From: an uncultured Planctomycetota bacterium
GTDB lineage: Bacteria > Planctomycetota > Phycisphaerae > Tepidisphaerales > Tepidisphaeraceae
Reading direction: 5' to 3'
DNA: 64,000 nt
Assembly (NCBI GenBank): GCA_963841915.1
Contig: CAWJEN010000005.1
Span: forward strand, 160,001 to 224,000
The notes below the pieces were generated by a model. It saw nothing but the letters and a program-made list of their open reading frames with translations. It was not told the DNA's origin and made no database searches. A program made the position numbers and the translations under genes. Positions 29,319 through 39,864 of the stretch are shown piece by piece; positions within the stretch are counted from its first letter, which is position 1, and each line of letters opens with the position of its first letter.

Positions 29319-29968
29319 ATCACTACGTCGACGCTCAGCATCTGACTGGTCTCGCCGCCGACGTTGTGGCCAACCACGACGAGCTGGCTGTCGCGGTGCA
29401 GCTCATCGCCGAGCGAGCAAGCCGCAGCCCGCGATTCAATTGGCGCTGCGAGGCGGATCGTGAGGATGCGGCCGCTGATGCCGCCGTGCTGGCGATCGAG
29501 CGGCTCGGCGTGCTGTCGACGATCAGCAACCCCTTCGCATGGCTCTCGACGCTCGTCATGAACAGCCTGCGGGAGTCGATCGGACGTCCGCAGGACGTCA
29601 CGCTTGATGGAGAAGCCGGCGACACAACGGCTGCCTTGCGAGGCTCCAGCAACGGACGGAAGCCGGGACTGATGACCTCGCACGAGGTCGCCGCTCGGCT
29701 GGGCCTGCACGTGCGGCTCGTGCAGCGCCTCGGTCGCCGCGGAGATCTTGAACGGGTGCAGGCTCGGCCCGCTCGGTACTGCCGGCGACAGGTCGAGACG
29801 ATTCGTCGACTGCTCGATCGCCACATCAACGTCAACGCCGCGGCGGAAAGGCTCAACGTCACCGGCCGCACCGTCCGTCGTCTTCGTGCTCGCCGCCGCG
29901 TCCGCTCGTTCGCAATCGGCGGCGAGCGGAAAATCAACATTCACGACCTGGAGCGTCTCGCCGCATGA
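29315..29968 (+). CDS. T4 gp55-like sigma domain fused to two HTH_17/MerR-type domains
   Basis: HYVD..., LIAERAS..PRF, REDAAADA, SNPFAWLS; then 'MTSHEVAARLGL...GDL' and 'INVNAAAERLNVTGRTVRRL'. Confidence 0.65.
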   Translation: MNHYVDAQHLTGLAADVVANHDELAVAVQLIAERASRSPRFNWRCEADREDAAADAAVLAIERLGVLSTISNPFAWLSTLVMNSLRESIGRPQDVTLDGEAGDTTAALRGSSNGRKPGLMTSHEVAARLGLHVRLVQRLGRRGDLERVQARPARYCRRQVETIRRLLDRHINVNAAAERLNVTGRTVRRLRARRRVRSFAIGGERKINIHDLERLAA

Positions 29969-30201
29969 CCGAAGCCGTCGACCCTTCCGAAGCGGCTGAG
30001 GCCGACGAATTGCGTTCAGCCGTCGCCGCCGCGCCGCTGCTCCGCCGGCTGGCGGCCGCACTCGATTCACCCGGCTGCATGACGCAGGGAGGCCGCGTAA
30101 ACCGGTCTGCCCTATCGCGGCGGCTCGGAGTCACGCCGGCCAAGCTCGATCGCCTGTTGGTCGACGCTTCCGCCAGTCTTCAAGCCCATCGCCCTCAGTA
30201 A
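29965..30201 (+). CDS. Small HTH protein
   Basis: 'GRVNRSALSRRLGVTPAKLDRLL'; ATGA coupled to the gp55-like gene. Confidence 0.6.
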   Translation: MTEAVDPSEAAEADELRSAVAAAPLLRRLAAALDSPGCMTQGGRVNRSALSRRLGVTPAKLDRLLVDASASLQAHRPQ

Positions 30202-30204
30202 CAC

Positions 30205-30804
30205 ATGCCCATCGACCTACCACGAAGCGGACCTACCACTGGCTTGATCGCCGGCCTCAATCTTCAGCCTGTGCCAGGCGAACGACTCGTCATCGGGACA
30301 GTCGGCCATTACCTGCCCGGTGGTGGCTACCAAGTCATGGACGCCGCCAACCGGAACGACTTTGTAACCCGTCCAGGCTCAAGCTCGTATGGGCCCTGGG
30401 GTTCCCACTCGACCAACGCCGGCTTCAGACTCGGCAACATCTGGCTCGCAAGGTCGGTTGCATCCGGCGGCACGCTCTCGACAGCCATCCCCTTTATGTT
30501 GGTCGACTTCAACCAGCCGCGACCGGAGACGACGCCCGTTGTCGCTTTGGATGCGGGTGTCTGGGTTCAGATCGCGCCCGTCGACAACGGCATTGAGAGG
30601 AAGTTCCAGCTAGGAGACTTCATCGGCTGGGGAACTGACGAGGTGGCCCAGGTGGTCGAGACCGCTGGCGACTTCGAGTTCCGGATCGATCGAGGCGTGC
30701 TTGGCACGACTCAAGGAGTGGCCCCGCAAGCGAACGATACGTTGATCAATCACACGGTCGTCGCAGCCCAGGGTGCACCAGAAGCCGTTTGGCTGAGCTT
30801 CTGA
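30205..30804 (+). CDS. Phage hypothetical protein (beta-rich, possibly virion)
   Basis: 199-aa ORF; 'IDRGVLGTT' resembles the RG..GT motif seen in phage tail proteins. Confidence 0.55.
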   Translation: MPIDLPRSGPTTGLIAGLNLQPVPGERLVIGTVGHYLPGGGYQVMDAANRNDFVTRPGSSSYGPWGSHSTNAGFRLGNIWLARSVASGGTLSTAIPFMLVDFNQPRPETTPVVALDAGVWVQIAPVDNGIERKFQLGDFIGWGTDEVAQVVETAGDFEFRIDRGVLGTTQGVAPQANDTLINHTVVAAQGAPEAVWLSF

Positions 30805-30805
30805 T

Positions 30806-31966
30806 ATGCCGGCCACACGTATTAACGGTCCGACCCTGCCGGGCGGCGGCATCATGCCGACCGTGTCGGGCATTGCGGCGGCTCCGGCCGATGACGAGGC
30901 AGCGTCCTTGCTCGACTACATCCGCGACGCCGATCAGGCAGTCGCGGATTCTCTGCTGTATCTGGCCAGTGAACTCGAGGCGGTTGAACTCACGCCCGGG
31001 CCACAAGGCGAACAAGGTCCGGCTGGTGCTGACGGTTCGGACGGAGCAACGGGCCCGCAGGGTTCCCAGGGTGAAGCCGGGCCAGCGGGACCGGCCGGAC
31101 CTCAAGGCATTCCCGGTGCCGACGGCGTCGACGGGCAGCAAGGCCCAGAGGGGCCGGCCGGCAGTAACGCGACAGCGACCACGGACGCCAGCGACCTCGT
31201 CGCTGGAACGCTGCACGCTGATCGCCTTCCAGCCTCTGCCGTTCGCACCGATGTCAACGCCCGGACGCAAGCCATCGTGGCCGCCGCCGGCAATGTCGGC
31301 GGCGGCGAGGGTGGAGGTGAACCGCCGATCATCCGCGGGGTCCAGAAGTTCAGGGCAGACGCCGCGGGCAATGTGGTCGCTGGCGAGCTTCCGGGTCGTT
31401 TCAAGGTCGAGTACGGCGATGCCGTCTCACCGTCGCTGGCTATCCGAGTAGACGGTCGAACCGGGGCCACGTTCGACGGCGTGTTTACCGGCGACGGCAG
31501 CGGCCTGACCAATGTGCCTGCGAGCCCGGCGGTCGCGGGCTCAGCTGCGTTCGTTGCCCACCTCGACAACACCTTCACCTGGTCGAGTGGTAATTGGGCG
31601 ACTGTCACGGGATGGTCGGCGGTGAAGCATGACCCTGATAACCATTTCAACGCGTCCGCTGGAGCATTCACCGCTCCAGTCGCCGGCCTGTACATCATCG
31701 GTGGCCACGCCGCTCACAATTCGCTCGACAACGGACAGAAGATGATCGCGGCGGTCGCAGTCAACGGCACCAGGTACGCGCTCTTTGGCCGGGGCGTTGC
31801 TGGCGGCACAGACTGGGCCGGGTATGGCGGAGCGACCATGATTCCGCTTGCCGCTGGCGATGTTGTGACGCTGCAAGTCTTCAGCAGCGACTCGAGCCCG
31901 AACCTCCAGTACATCAACAGTGGGACCGCGGGGTACACGAGCTTCTGGGGGACACTGCTCCGATGA
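30806..31966 (+). CDS. Collagen-repeat / C1q-domain fibre protein
   Basis: 19 Gly-X-Y triplets; [10 protein letters not shown] and [11 protein letters not shown] fibre motifs; C1q motifs [25 protein letters not shown]. Confidence 0.85.
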   Translation: MPATRINGPTLPGGGIMPTVSGIAAAPADDEAASLLDYIRDADQAVADSLLYLASELEAVELTPGPQGEQGPAGADGSDGATGPQGSQGEAGPAGPAGPQGIPGADGVDGQQGPEGPAGSNATATTDASDLVAGTLHADRLPASAVRTDVNARTQAIVAAAGNVGGGEGGGEPPIIRGVQKFRADAAGNVVAGELPGRFKVEYGDAVSPSLAIRVDGRTGATFDGVFTGDGSGLTNVPASPAVAGSAAFVAHLDNTFTWSSGNWATVTGWSAVKHDPDNHFNASAGAFTAPVAGLYIIGGHAAHNSLDNGQKMIAAVAVNGTRYALFGRGVAGGTDWAGYGGATMIPLAAGDVVTLQVFSSDSSPNLQYINSGTAGYTSFWGTLLR

Positions 31967-32340
31967 ACCTGTCGCTTGCAGACGCTGCGTTGCTGACACT
32001 GCATGAGGCGGCGTTGCTTCCTCTGCAGTACTCGCTGCCGATGATCGGCGACGGCATCGAGGTCGTGCCGAGTTATGGACGGTTCCACGTGCACGAAGCG
32101 CCGGCCGGCTTCGTGCCTCGGCTCGCATTGGCCGACGTCCCGAGTTCCGTGCAGTCGAAGGTTCCGCTGTTGATTGAAGTGGACGTCCCGACGCAGGTGC
32201 GGACGGAGATCCCACAACTCCTCCAATCTCATGTGCCGCGACTCGCTCGACAACGGGAACCCGATGCACTCAGTACCGATGTCCCGCCCCCGCCTCTGTC
32301 CGTCGTGACCAAGACCCTTCGCACAGCATCAGACTTCTGA
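31963..32340 (+). CDS. Phage hypothetical protein
   Basis: ATGA coupled to the fibre gene. Confidence 0.45.
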   Translation: MNLSLADAALLTLHEAALLPLQYSLPMIGDGIEVVPSYGRFHVHEAPAGFVPRLALADVPSSVQSKVPLLIEVDVPTQVRTEIPQLLQSHVPRLARQREPDALSTDVPPPPLSVVTKTLRTASDF

Positions 32341-32343
32341 TCC

Positions 32344-32736
32344 ATGGCTCGCCGACTACCAGCAAACCTCATCGCCGAGTATGTGCCAGCCAAGTCGGCC
32401 GGATCTCTGCTCGCGCACCTGCCATCTCCCGATGGTTCGCTGCCGCTTGCCGCTGACGTAGTGACTGAGACGCTCTACGTCACCAAGCTGCCCGACTCTG
32501 ACAATCCAGTCACCACCAGCAGATCGGCCGCCGGGTCTCTGCTCGCAGCAGCGAAGACGAAGGATCAAGACGTTCGGTGGAGTGACGCGAAAGACATGAA
32601 CGTCGACCTGCGGATCAATGATGCCGACTTGGCTGAAGCTGAGGAGTACCAGGTAGATCTACAAGTCAATCTCAGCAGCGGCGAGACGATCGTCGCCAGC
32701 TGGCGTGTCCTGGCCTACAGGACGTTTGTCAGCTGA
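32344..32736 (+). CDS. Phage hypothetical protein (beta-sandwich-like)
   Basis: 130-aa ORF; 'DLAEAEEYQVDLQVNLSSGETI' resembles BppU N-terminal-type domains. Confidence 0.5.
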   Translation: MARRLPANLIAEYVPAKSAGSLLAHLPSPDGSLPLAADVVTETLYVTKLPDSDNPVTTSRSAAGSLLAAAKTKDQDVRWSDAKDMNVDLRINDADLAEAEEYQVDLQVNLSSGETIVASWRVLAYRTFVS

Positions 32737-32860
32737 TACAGCAGCCCTGAGGCGTCTCAGGCAGGCAGCCTGATGCAACGGGTCCCTTTCGCGAGGAAAA
32801 AGACGGGGCCTGGCAAAGGGAACAGTCGGGAAAGTATGTGTCGTCCGTCCTACGTCCGCC

Positions 32861-34902
32861 ATGCCACGAGATCGCCACCACGATGATGACGAGCTGCGGA
32901 GCATCGACGTTGATCGCAAGCGAGCGGACCGCAGTAAAGGCCGAGACATCGGTCCGCTGCCAGGCGTCCGCGAGCCGGAGCGGCGGAAGCGCTGCGAGCT
33001 GAACCTCGAGGCATTCTGCGAGACCTATCACCCTGCCGTTTTCAGTCTCGGGTGGGCGCCGTTTCACCACACGATCCTCGACAAGCTGCAGTCGGCGATC
33101 CTGGACGGCGGCCTGTCTGCCATGGCGTTACCACGCGGCAGCGGCAAGACGAGCTGCGCGTAGCTGCCTGCGAGTGGGCCCTGCTGTACGGGCATCGCAG
33201 CTTCGTCGTGATGGTCGGCGCGTCAGCGGATGCGGCCGAGCGGCTGCTCGACGGCCTCAAGGCCGATTTCGAGCACAACGATCTTCTGCTCGAGGACTTC
33301 CCCGAGGTCATCCACCCGATCCGGGCGCTTGAGGGGATCGGCCGCCGGGCTGAGGGCCAGCTGCTCGACGGCCAGCGAACACTGATCGACTGGAACAAGA
33401 AGGTCGCGACACTGCCGACGGTGCCGGGCTCGAAGGCGAGCGGTGCCACCGTCAGTGTCGCGGGCATCACCGGTCGGATCCGCGGACTCCAAGCGACGCG
33501 GCCGAGTGACGGGGCGAAGATCCGTCCGGACCTGGTCATCGTTGATGATCCGCAGACCGACGAGTCTGCAAGGTCGGCGAAACAGGTGCGGGACCGCTTG
33601 GCGACGATGAACCAGGCGATCCTTGGTCTGGCCGGTCCGGGCAAGGCGATCGCCGGCGTGTGCCCGTGCACCGTGATCGTCAAGGGCGACGTCGCCGACC
33701 AGCTGCTCGACCGGAAGGAGAATCCCGAATGGCGTGGCGAGCGGGTGAAGCTCATGCCGGCTGAGCCAACGGACATCAAGCTGTGGGAGCGGTATGCGGA
33801 GATCCGGGCCGACGCACTGAGGAACGACGATGGCCTTGGCCCCGCGACGGCGTTCTACATCGAGCATCGAGCCGAGCTGGACGCCGGGGCAGCGGTGTCA
33901 TGGCCGGAACGCTTTGACCCTGGTGAGGCATCGGCGATCCAGTCGGCGATGAACCTGAAGTTACGTGACAACGCCTCATTCCAGGCAGAGTTCCAGAACG
34001 ACCCGATGTCTGAGGTTACCGAGACACTACTCAAGCTCGAGCCGCACCAGGTCACGGTTAAGGCGATCGACGTGCCACAGGGTGTCGTGCCCGACAGCTG
34101 CGAGATCATCACCGCCGGCATAGACGTCCAGGGGCAAGTCCTGTTCTGGCTCATCGCCGGGTTCGACGAATACTTCGGCACGCACGTCGTCGACTACGGG
34201 GCCTGGCCTCGCCAGCAGAGGTCTCATTTCACGCTCGGCGAGCTGAACCCGACGCTCGACTCTCTGACGCCTGGTGCAACGCTCGAGGGGCGGCTGCGGC
34301 ACGGCCTCGAAGGCCTGACGGACTTTCTTGCGGACCGTTACAGCCATGCCGACGGTCGCCGCGCCACGATCGCTCGGATGGTGGTCGACGCCAACTGGGG
34401 CCAGTCGACGACGACGGTGGAGCAATTTGCGAAGGAGACGACGCACCCGGTGCTACCAGCCTTCGGTCGCGGCATCACGGCCGATCGTCGGCCGATCAGC
34501 GAGTACAGCCGCAAGCCCGGTGAGCGGCTCGGCCACGGTTGGTACGTCAACGAACGCGGCCAACTGATCTTCGACTCCAACCTCTGGAAGACGGGGCTGG
34601 CCGAGCGGATCCTGCAGCCGATCGATGGCCGGGGCCCGCTCACGCTGTTCGAAGGGTCCGACCTGAAGCACCGAATGCTCGCCGAGCACGTGACGGCCGA
34701 GTATCCCATACCGACGCAGGGGCAAGGTCGTCTCGTCAACGTCTGGCGGATCCGCCCGGGCCGCAGCGATAACCACCTGCTCGACTGCCTATCCATGGCC
34801 AGTGTCGGCGCGAGCGAGCAAGGCGTGAGGATCGCAGGCCAGGTTGAGATCGAGCAGGACAAGAAGCGGAGCCGGCGTCGCAAGCTCCAAGTGACGTTCT
34901 GA
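32861..34902 (+). pseudogene. terL: Terminase large subunit (gpA-like), split by a -1 frameshift near 33155
   Basis: Walker A PRGSGKT in ORF 32861-33163; Walker B LVIVDD and nuclease motifs AGIDVQ, DANWG, DNHLLDC in ORF 33052-34902. Confidence 0.88.
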
Positions 34903-34924
34903 CGCCGGCGACGCTCTGTAAGGC

Positions 34925-35398
34925 ATGGCCAGCAGGAAGAACGCGACGAAGCAGAGCAAGCCGGCCCCAGCCCCAGCGACGCCCGTCGAACCGACGCCGG
35001 CAGAGACTGAATCGGCTACGCCAGAGGCCGAGACCTCCCCGCCGGCCGAGTCGGTCGCGGCATCCCCCGCGGACACCACCGCCAGTGCCAGCGACGCTGA
35101 ACCGCAAGCCGATGGTGATGTACCGCCGGCACCCGATGCCGATCCACAGCCCCCAGCCCCGCCCGCGAGCGAAGAGCCCGCCGTTGCCGCCAAGATTGAT
35201 CGACAGGAGCAGAACCCGCGATGCCGTTGCGGCTGCCATCACGACCGGAAGATCCGCAACCTTCCCGAAATCGCAACGCCTGGCAAGTACGACGACTTTG
35301 CATACGACCGGCTCGAGCGTCGCATCGCGTCCTGTTCTGAATGTGGCTGCGTCCGCGTGATCACCACGATGGTCGCCGAGGAGGCCACGGCCGAGTGA
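34925..35398 (+). CDS. Pro/Ala-rich protein with C-terminal zinc ribbon
   Basis: CRCG...CSECG after a low-complexity N-terminus. Confidence 0.6.
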   Translation: MASRKNATKQSKPAPAPATPVEPTPAETESATPEAETSPPAESVAASPADTTASASDAEPQADGDVPPAPDADPQPPAPPASEEPAVAAKIDRQEQNPRCRCGCHHDRKIRNLPEIATPGKYDDFAYDRLERRIASCSECGCVRVITTMVAEEATAE

Positions 35399-35622
35399 GC
35401 GGCCCTGTAGTCACAACCACCGCGGTGACGATGGTCGCCACGCTTGAAGCCGCCCTGGCAAAGAACGCCGGCGTGGTCGAGGTGGTCGTGGACGGGCAGA
35501 AGGTGCGGTGGGACCGGGCTCAGGCACTAGCCGAACTGAAGTACTGGCGGAACCGCGTCGCCCGATCCACGGGCCGTCGGCCGCTGTTCCGCGGCATGGA
35601 CCTATCGGGAGGCGCTGCGTGA
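35395..35622 (+). CDS. Head-tail joining protein (gpW-like)
   Basis: Small gene before portal; 'GVVEVVVDGQKVRW...ELKYWR'. Confidence 0.65.
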   Translation: MSGPVVTTTAVTMVATLEAALAKNAGVVEVVVDGQKVRWDRAQALAELKYWRNRVARSTGRRPLFRGMDLSGGAA

Positions 35623-36995
35623 CGATGAACCCGCTCAAATGGTCGTGGCTGCCAACCGGCTACGACGCCGCCAAACCATCTAAGCGGCGCAAGGCAGAGG
35701 TGACCAACCTTCGCCGGGAGGACGATCTGCTTAAGGACCGCGACCGCGACAAGGTCATGTCGCAGACACGGTCTCTGCGCCGCAACTCGTCGCTGGCGAA
35801 GTGGGCCATCAACAAACACCTCGACCACGTCAGCACGTTCACGGATCAGTGCCGCAGCGGTGACGTACAGCTCGATCGCCGGGTCGAGACCTTCATCCGC
35901 AAGTGGTCTCGCCGCGATCGGTGCGACGTCTCCGGCCGCTTCGACTTCGATCGCCTGATTCGCCTGATCGAGGGCTTGGCCGTGGTCGACGGCGACGTGT
36001 TCGTCAGCCAGATCAGCGACGGCCGCCTGCAGATCATCGAAGCCGACCGCGTCCGAACGCCCACCGACTGGGGCGACACGCCTGAGGAGATTCGCAAAGG
36101 CAACTGGATCAACGGCGTCCAGGTCACCGACACGGGCAAGCCGCTGCGATACGCAGTCTGCGACCGAGAGGGTGCCGGCTACGTGCTCCGGTCGATCCTG
36201 CCGGCGCGATACGTGTACCACCACGCCTATCTCGACCGTTACGACCAGGTGCGAGGCGTCAGCCCACTGGCGTCGGCGATCAACGCGATCCTCGACGTCA
36301 AGGAGTGCCAGCAGCATGCCCTGGCCAAGGCGAAGCTGTCGCAGATCTTCGGCCTGAAGCTCAAGCGTGCCGAGACCGAGGACGACGATGTCGGGGCCGA
36401 TTACAAGTTCAGCTTCGATGACGGGCCGCAGACGCTCGACCTCGACAGCGGCGACGATGCCGAGTTCCTCGAGAGCCGCAACCCGTCGACGGAGTTCCAG
36501 GCCTTCATGCAGGAGGTCATCGGCGAGGCCCTGAAGTCGCTCGACATCCCATACAGCGCGTGGAACGAAAGTTTCACGAACTACAGCGGGTCGCGGTCGG
36601 CTTTGCTGCAGTACGAGCAGAGTTCGAGCAACAAACGCAAGGTGCTACGGACGCTTCGCGGCGAGCTCCTGGCGTGGGCGATCGGCATCGGCGTCATGGA
36701 CGGCGAGCTGGATCTCGGCGGCCGCAATGTCGAAGGGCTCAACCTAAAGCACATCGGCGTCGGTTTGCCGTGGATCGACCCGCTCAAAGAGACGAAGGCG
36801 GAGATCGAAGCTGTCGCTGGCGGTCTGCGGTCGCGGCAGGAGATCTCGATGAGCCACGGCCGCGACTGGTTCGAAGTCGCGGATCAGCTTCATGACGAAG
36901 AGATCTACGCAGCAGGCATCGGCCTGAGCCTGTCCGCGGATGTCGCGAACCTCGAAGAACCTGACGAGAAAAATCCCGATGACGAAGAAAAATAA
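35619..36995 (+). CDS. Phage portal protein, lambda family
   Basis: GYDAA, RSLRRN, VDGDVF, IIEADR, QVRGVSPL, NYSGSR, WIDPLKE. Confidence 0.93.
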   Translation: MTMNPLKWSWLPTGYDAAKPSKRRKAEVTNLRREDDLLKDRDRDKVMSQTRSLRRNSSLAKWAINKHLDHVSTFTDQCRSGDVQLDRRVETFIRKWSRRDRCDVSGRFDFDRLIRLIEGLAVVDGDVFVSQISDGRLQIIEADRVRTPTDWGDTPEEIRKGNWINGVQVTDTGKPLRYAVCDREGAGYVLRSILPARYVYHHAYLDRYDQVRGVSPLASAINAILDVKECQQHALAKAKLSQIFGLKLKRAETEDDDVGADYKFSFDDGPQTLDLDSGDDAEFLESRNPSTEFQAFMQEVIGEALKSLDIPYSAWNESFTNYSGSRSALLQYEQSSSNKRKVLRTLRGELLAWAIGIGVMDGELDLGGRNVEGLNLKHIGVGLPWIDPLKETKAEIEAVAGGLRSRQEISMSHGRDWFEVADQLHDEEIYAAGIGLSLSADVANLEEPDEKNPDDEEK

Positions 36996-37980
36996 CAACC
37001 CGCCGGCCGAGGCCTTGCGGACCGTGCTTGCGTTGCCCGCTGAAGTGAAGCTGTCGGCGGGCTCGCCTCAGAACCCGAAGTCGAAGGACGTCCGGCTTGT
37101 CGCTCGCAGTGGTGACCCGATCGACCATTACTACTACGGCAAGGTCGTGCACGACTTCAGCACGATGACCCACAAGCCGGTCATCGCGATCGACTTCGAA
37201 CACTGGCGGGACGAGACGATCGGCTTCGTCAATGGCTTCGACACGTCCGACGGTGACCTGGTGCTGACGGGGCGGCTTACCTCCGTGCTCGAGGGCGACC
37301 GGGCCGAGGAGGTCATGCTGAAGATGGAGGCGGAGTTCCCGTACGAGGCATCGATCGAGTTCGGCGAAGACTTCGACACCGAGTCGTTTGGACCCGGCGA
37401 GACGGCCACGGTCAACGGCCGCGAGGTCGAGGGACCGTTGCTCGTCATCAAGCGGTGGACGCTGCGGGCGGTCGCGATCTGCAAGCTCGGCTATGACGCA
37501 CAGTCGTCTGCCGAGCTGCTGCTGAGCTACGCGGGACGTCCTTTCGGGCCGCAGGCCCTCAGTAAGGGCATGCCCGAAGCTGACAAGCCGGCCGCCGAAG
37601 CCAAGACCGAGACGCCGAAGCCGGCGGATCAAACCCAGAAGCCGGCCGAGCCGACCACGCCCGATGCCGACACGCCGGCCGCCGACACGCCGGCCCCCGC
37701 TGAGGATGCCGCCCCGGCGACGGAGCTGGCGGCCGACGACCCGCGGGCCGAGTTCCGCCGCTTCAAGAACGCCTTCGGCGACAAGGCGGGCGAGTACTTC
37801 GATAAGGGCCTGACGTTCAGCGACGCCACCGTCGAGTTCGTCAAGGCCGTCCGAGCCGAAAACGAAGATCTCCGCACGAAGCTGTCGGCCTCCGGGAACC
37901 GCGGCAACACGCCCGTGCCCGCCGGCTCCAGCGACGACCAGAAACGCCAGTTCAGCGACCTCTTCAAACGTCGCGGCTAA
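36979..37980 (+). CDS. Prohead protease / scaffold protein
   Basis: Between portal and capsid; EH..DETIG, FPYEASI, VAICKLGYD; Pro-rich linker and helical tail. Confidence 0.75.
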   Translation: MTKKNNNPPAEALRTVLALPAEVKLSAGSPQNPKSKDVRLVARSGDPIDHYYYGKVVHDFSTMTHKPVIAIDFEHWRDETIGFVNGFDTSDGDLVLTGRLTSVLEGDRAEEVMLKMEAEFPYEASIEFGEDFDTESFGPGETATVNGREVEGPLLVIKRWTLRAVAICKLGYDAQSSAELLLSYAGRPFGPQALSKGMPEADKPAAEAKTETPKPADQTQKPAEPTTPDADTPAADTPAPAEDAAPATELAADDPRAEFRRFKNAFGDKAGEYFDKGLTFSDATVEFVKAVRAENEDLRTKLSASGNRGNTPVPAGSSDDQKRQFSDLFKRRG

Positions 37981-38025
37981 CGCGACCCGCCGCTTCCCAC
38001 CCGCCCGCAACCGCCCACACCCAAC

Positions 38026-38983
38026 ATGGCCGAAGAGCTCAAGAACCTCGCCGACCTCCTGCAGATCAACGAAGCCGGCCTTGCCGCTTACGAGCTGTCG
38101 GACCTGCTGAACCGTGCCCCTGTCGTTCGTCGTCTGCCCGCCGTGCCGGCGAGCAACGGCACGATGCACAAGTACCTCAAGGAGGTCACGGCACCGACTG
38201 TCGGCTACCGCCCGATCAACGTGGGCCGCGAGAACTCCAAGTCGGGCGACGTGCTCGTCACCCAGAACCTGAAGTACCTCGACGCTTCCTTCGACGTCGA
38301 CGTCGCCTTCCTGTCGGGCCTCGTCATGCCGGAGGAGCAATTCCTGTCTCGCGAGGCTCGACGCCACTTGGCGGCCGGACTTCACAAGACGGAGCAACAG
38401 CTCTGGTATGGCGCTGCTCAACGGGGATGACGACGGCTTTGTCGGCATCAATGACACGCTTCGCTACACCGACACCGCCGGGGTGATCAACGCCGGCGGC
38501 ACGACCGCGAACACCGGCTCGAGCGTCTACCTGCTCTACGCCCCCGCCGACTACAGCGGCGCTGCGGTCGTTTCCGGCAAGAACGGCGAGCTGTCGATCG
38601 GCGACCCCTACATGGCGAAGAAGGAGGATCTGGTCAATGGCGGCAGCTTCGACGTGAAGCGGACGCCAATGGGCACGTGGACCGGGTTCCAGTTCGGCAC
38701 CGCCTACAGCGTCATTCGCATCGCAAACCTGACCGAGCAGGATGGTAAGGGCCTGACGGACGATCTAATCGCCAAGGGCATCGAGCGGTGCCCCAGCGGC
38801 ATGGAACCGACGATGATCGTCGGCAGCCGGCGGTCACAGTTCCAGCTTCGGGCCAGCCGCCAGCCGCGCGGCAACAACGTCATGGTCGCACCCGTCCCCG
38901 TCCCGACCGATGCCTTTGGCATCGAGTTCGTGACAACCGACTCGATCTCCAACGTCGAGCCGATCGTCATCGACGAGGCCTGA
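38026..38983 (+). pseudogene. Major capsid protein (HK97 fold), split by a +1 frameshift near 38419
   Basis: ORF 38026-38430 (PTVGYRPINVG...LWYG) plus 38408-38983 (NGDDDGFVG, NAGGT..TGSSVY, RIANL, GIEFVTTDSI). Confidence 0.85.
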
Positions 38984-39007
38984 ACCTGAAGGTGGTGTCT
39001 CCTCCGC

Positions 39008-39048
39008 CGGCCCCGGCTGACTTCGGTCGGCCGGGGCCGACTGTTTTC
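39008..39048 (+). terminator. Intrinsic terminator after the capsid gene
   Basis: 14-bp stem CGGCCCCGGCTGAC-TTCG-GTCGGCCGGGGCCG followed by ACTGTTTT. Confidence 0.75.
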
Positions 39049-39062
39049 CTGAACCTGGCTAT

Positions 39063-39440
39063 ATGTCGATCTTCACAGACGCCCTCAGCGCCGGACTTGC
39101 TGCCGTGGCCGAAACGGCCGGCGATCCCGTCGAGTACGCCCGCGGCGAGATCGTCGTACAGCTCGTCGCCGTCGAGGGCCACAGCCGGCACGAGTCCAAC
39201 GACGCCCGCGGCCAGGCGGTCACGACGATGACCGTCGACTTCCTCGTCGCGACCGCCGACTTCCTTGCCGCAGGGCTCGAGCTGCCAATCGAGGGGGATG
39301 TTGTTCGCGTCGGAGCAGGCGTCGCCGCGACGTCACACGAAGTTCGCAAGCCTGACGGAGCCGACGCCGCCTGGCGGTACATGGATGCAGGCCGCACGCG
39401 GATCCGTATCCACACCACGAGCATCACGGAGACGCCATGA
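39063..39440 (+). CDS. Head closure / head-tail connector protein
   Basis: Position after capsid; 'GDPVEYARG...DFLV...LPIEGDVV...WRYMD...RIHT'. Confidence 0.65.
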   Translation: MSIFTDALSAGLAAVAETAGDPVEYARGEIVVQLVAVEGHSRHESNDARGQAVTTMTVDFLVATADFLAAGLELPIEGDVVRVGAGVAATSHEVRKPDGADAAWRYMDAGRTRIRIHTTSITETP

Positions 39441-39862
39441 TCGGGATCACCGACGTCGTCAAAGCGGTGGTCGCCTCCGTCGCGATCGTCGACTTTGCTG
39501 GTGAGGCCGTCGCTGTCGGCCGCACCTACGACCCGAGCTACGACAGCCGCACCACGTCAGACCTGAAGGTTGACGTCATCGCCCAGGCATCGTCTCACGC
39601 GGCCGACGCCCGCGGCGACGTCGGCGCAAAGTACCACCTGGCCGTCGGCATTCGCAAACGGGTCGGCAAGAACACGGAGCTGGAGGCGGTGGATGAGCTT
39701 GTCGAGTATCAGCAAGCCGTGGCCGACCTGCTGATGGAGAGCGAGTTCGACCGCTTCTTCGTCGAATCAGTGGACGCGACCCCTCTGTACGACTGGAAGA
39801 CGCTCGACGAGCGAGGCGTCTACGTCGGGGCCCTGTCCCTCACCATCACAACAACGAGTTAG
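39437..39862 (+). CDS. Tail terminator-like protein
   Basis: Synteny (directly before tail tube); 141 aa. Confidence 0.55.
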   Translation: MIGITDVVKAVVASVAIVDFAGEAVAVGRTYDPSYDSRTTSDLKVDVIAQASSHAADARGDVGAKYHLAVGIRKRVGKNTELEAVDELVEYQQAVADLLMESEFDRFFVESVDATPLYDWKTLDERGVYVGALSLTITTTS

Positions 39863-39864
39863 TC

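Noticed and set aside
33161..33163. TAG read-through or stop-codon reassignment in terL
   Set aside because: The conserved sequence continues in another frame; the read-through frame stops again soon, and other phage genes end in TAG normally
35411..35418. Extra TCACAACC copy (also an inverted one near 15020)
   Set aside because: Isolated, far from att; expected by chance for an 8-mer
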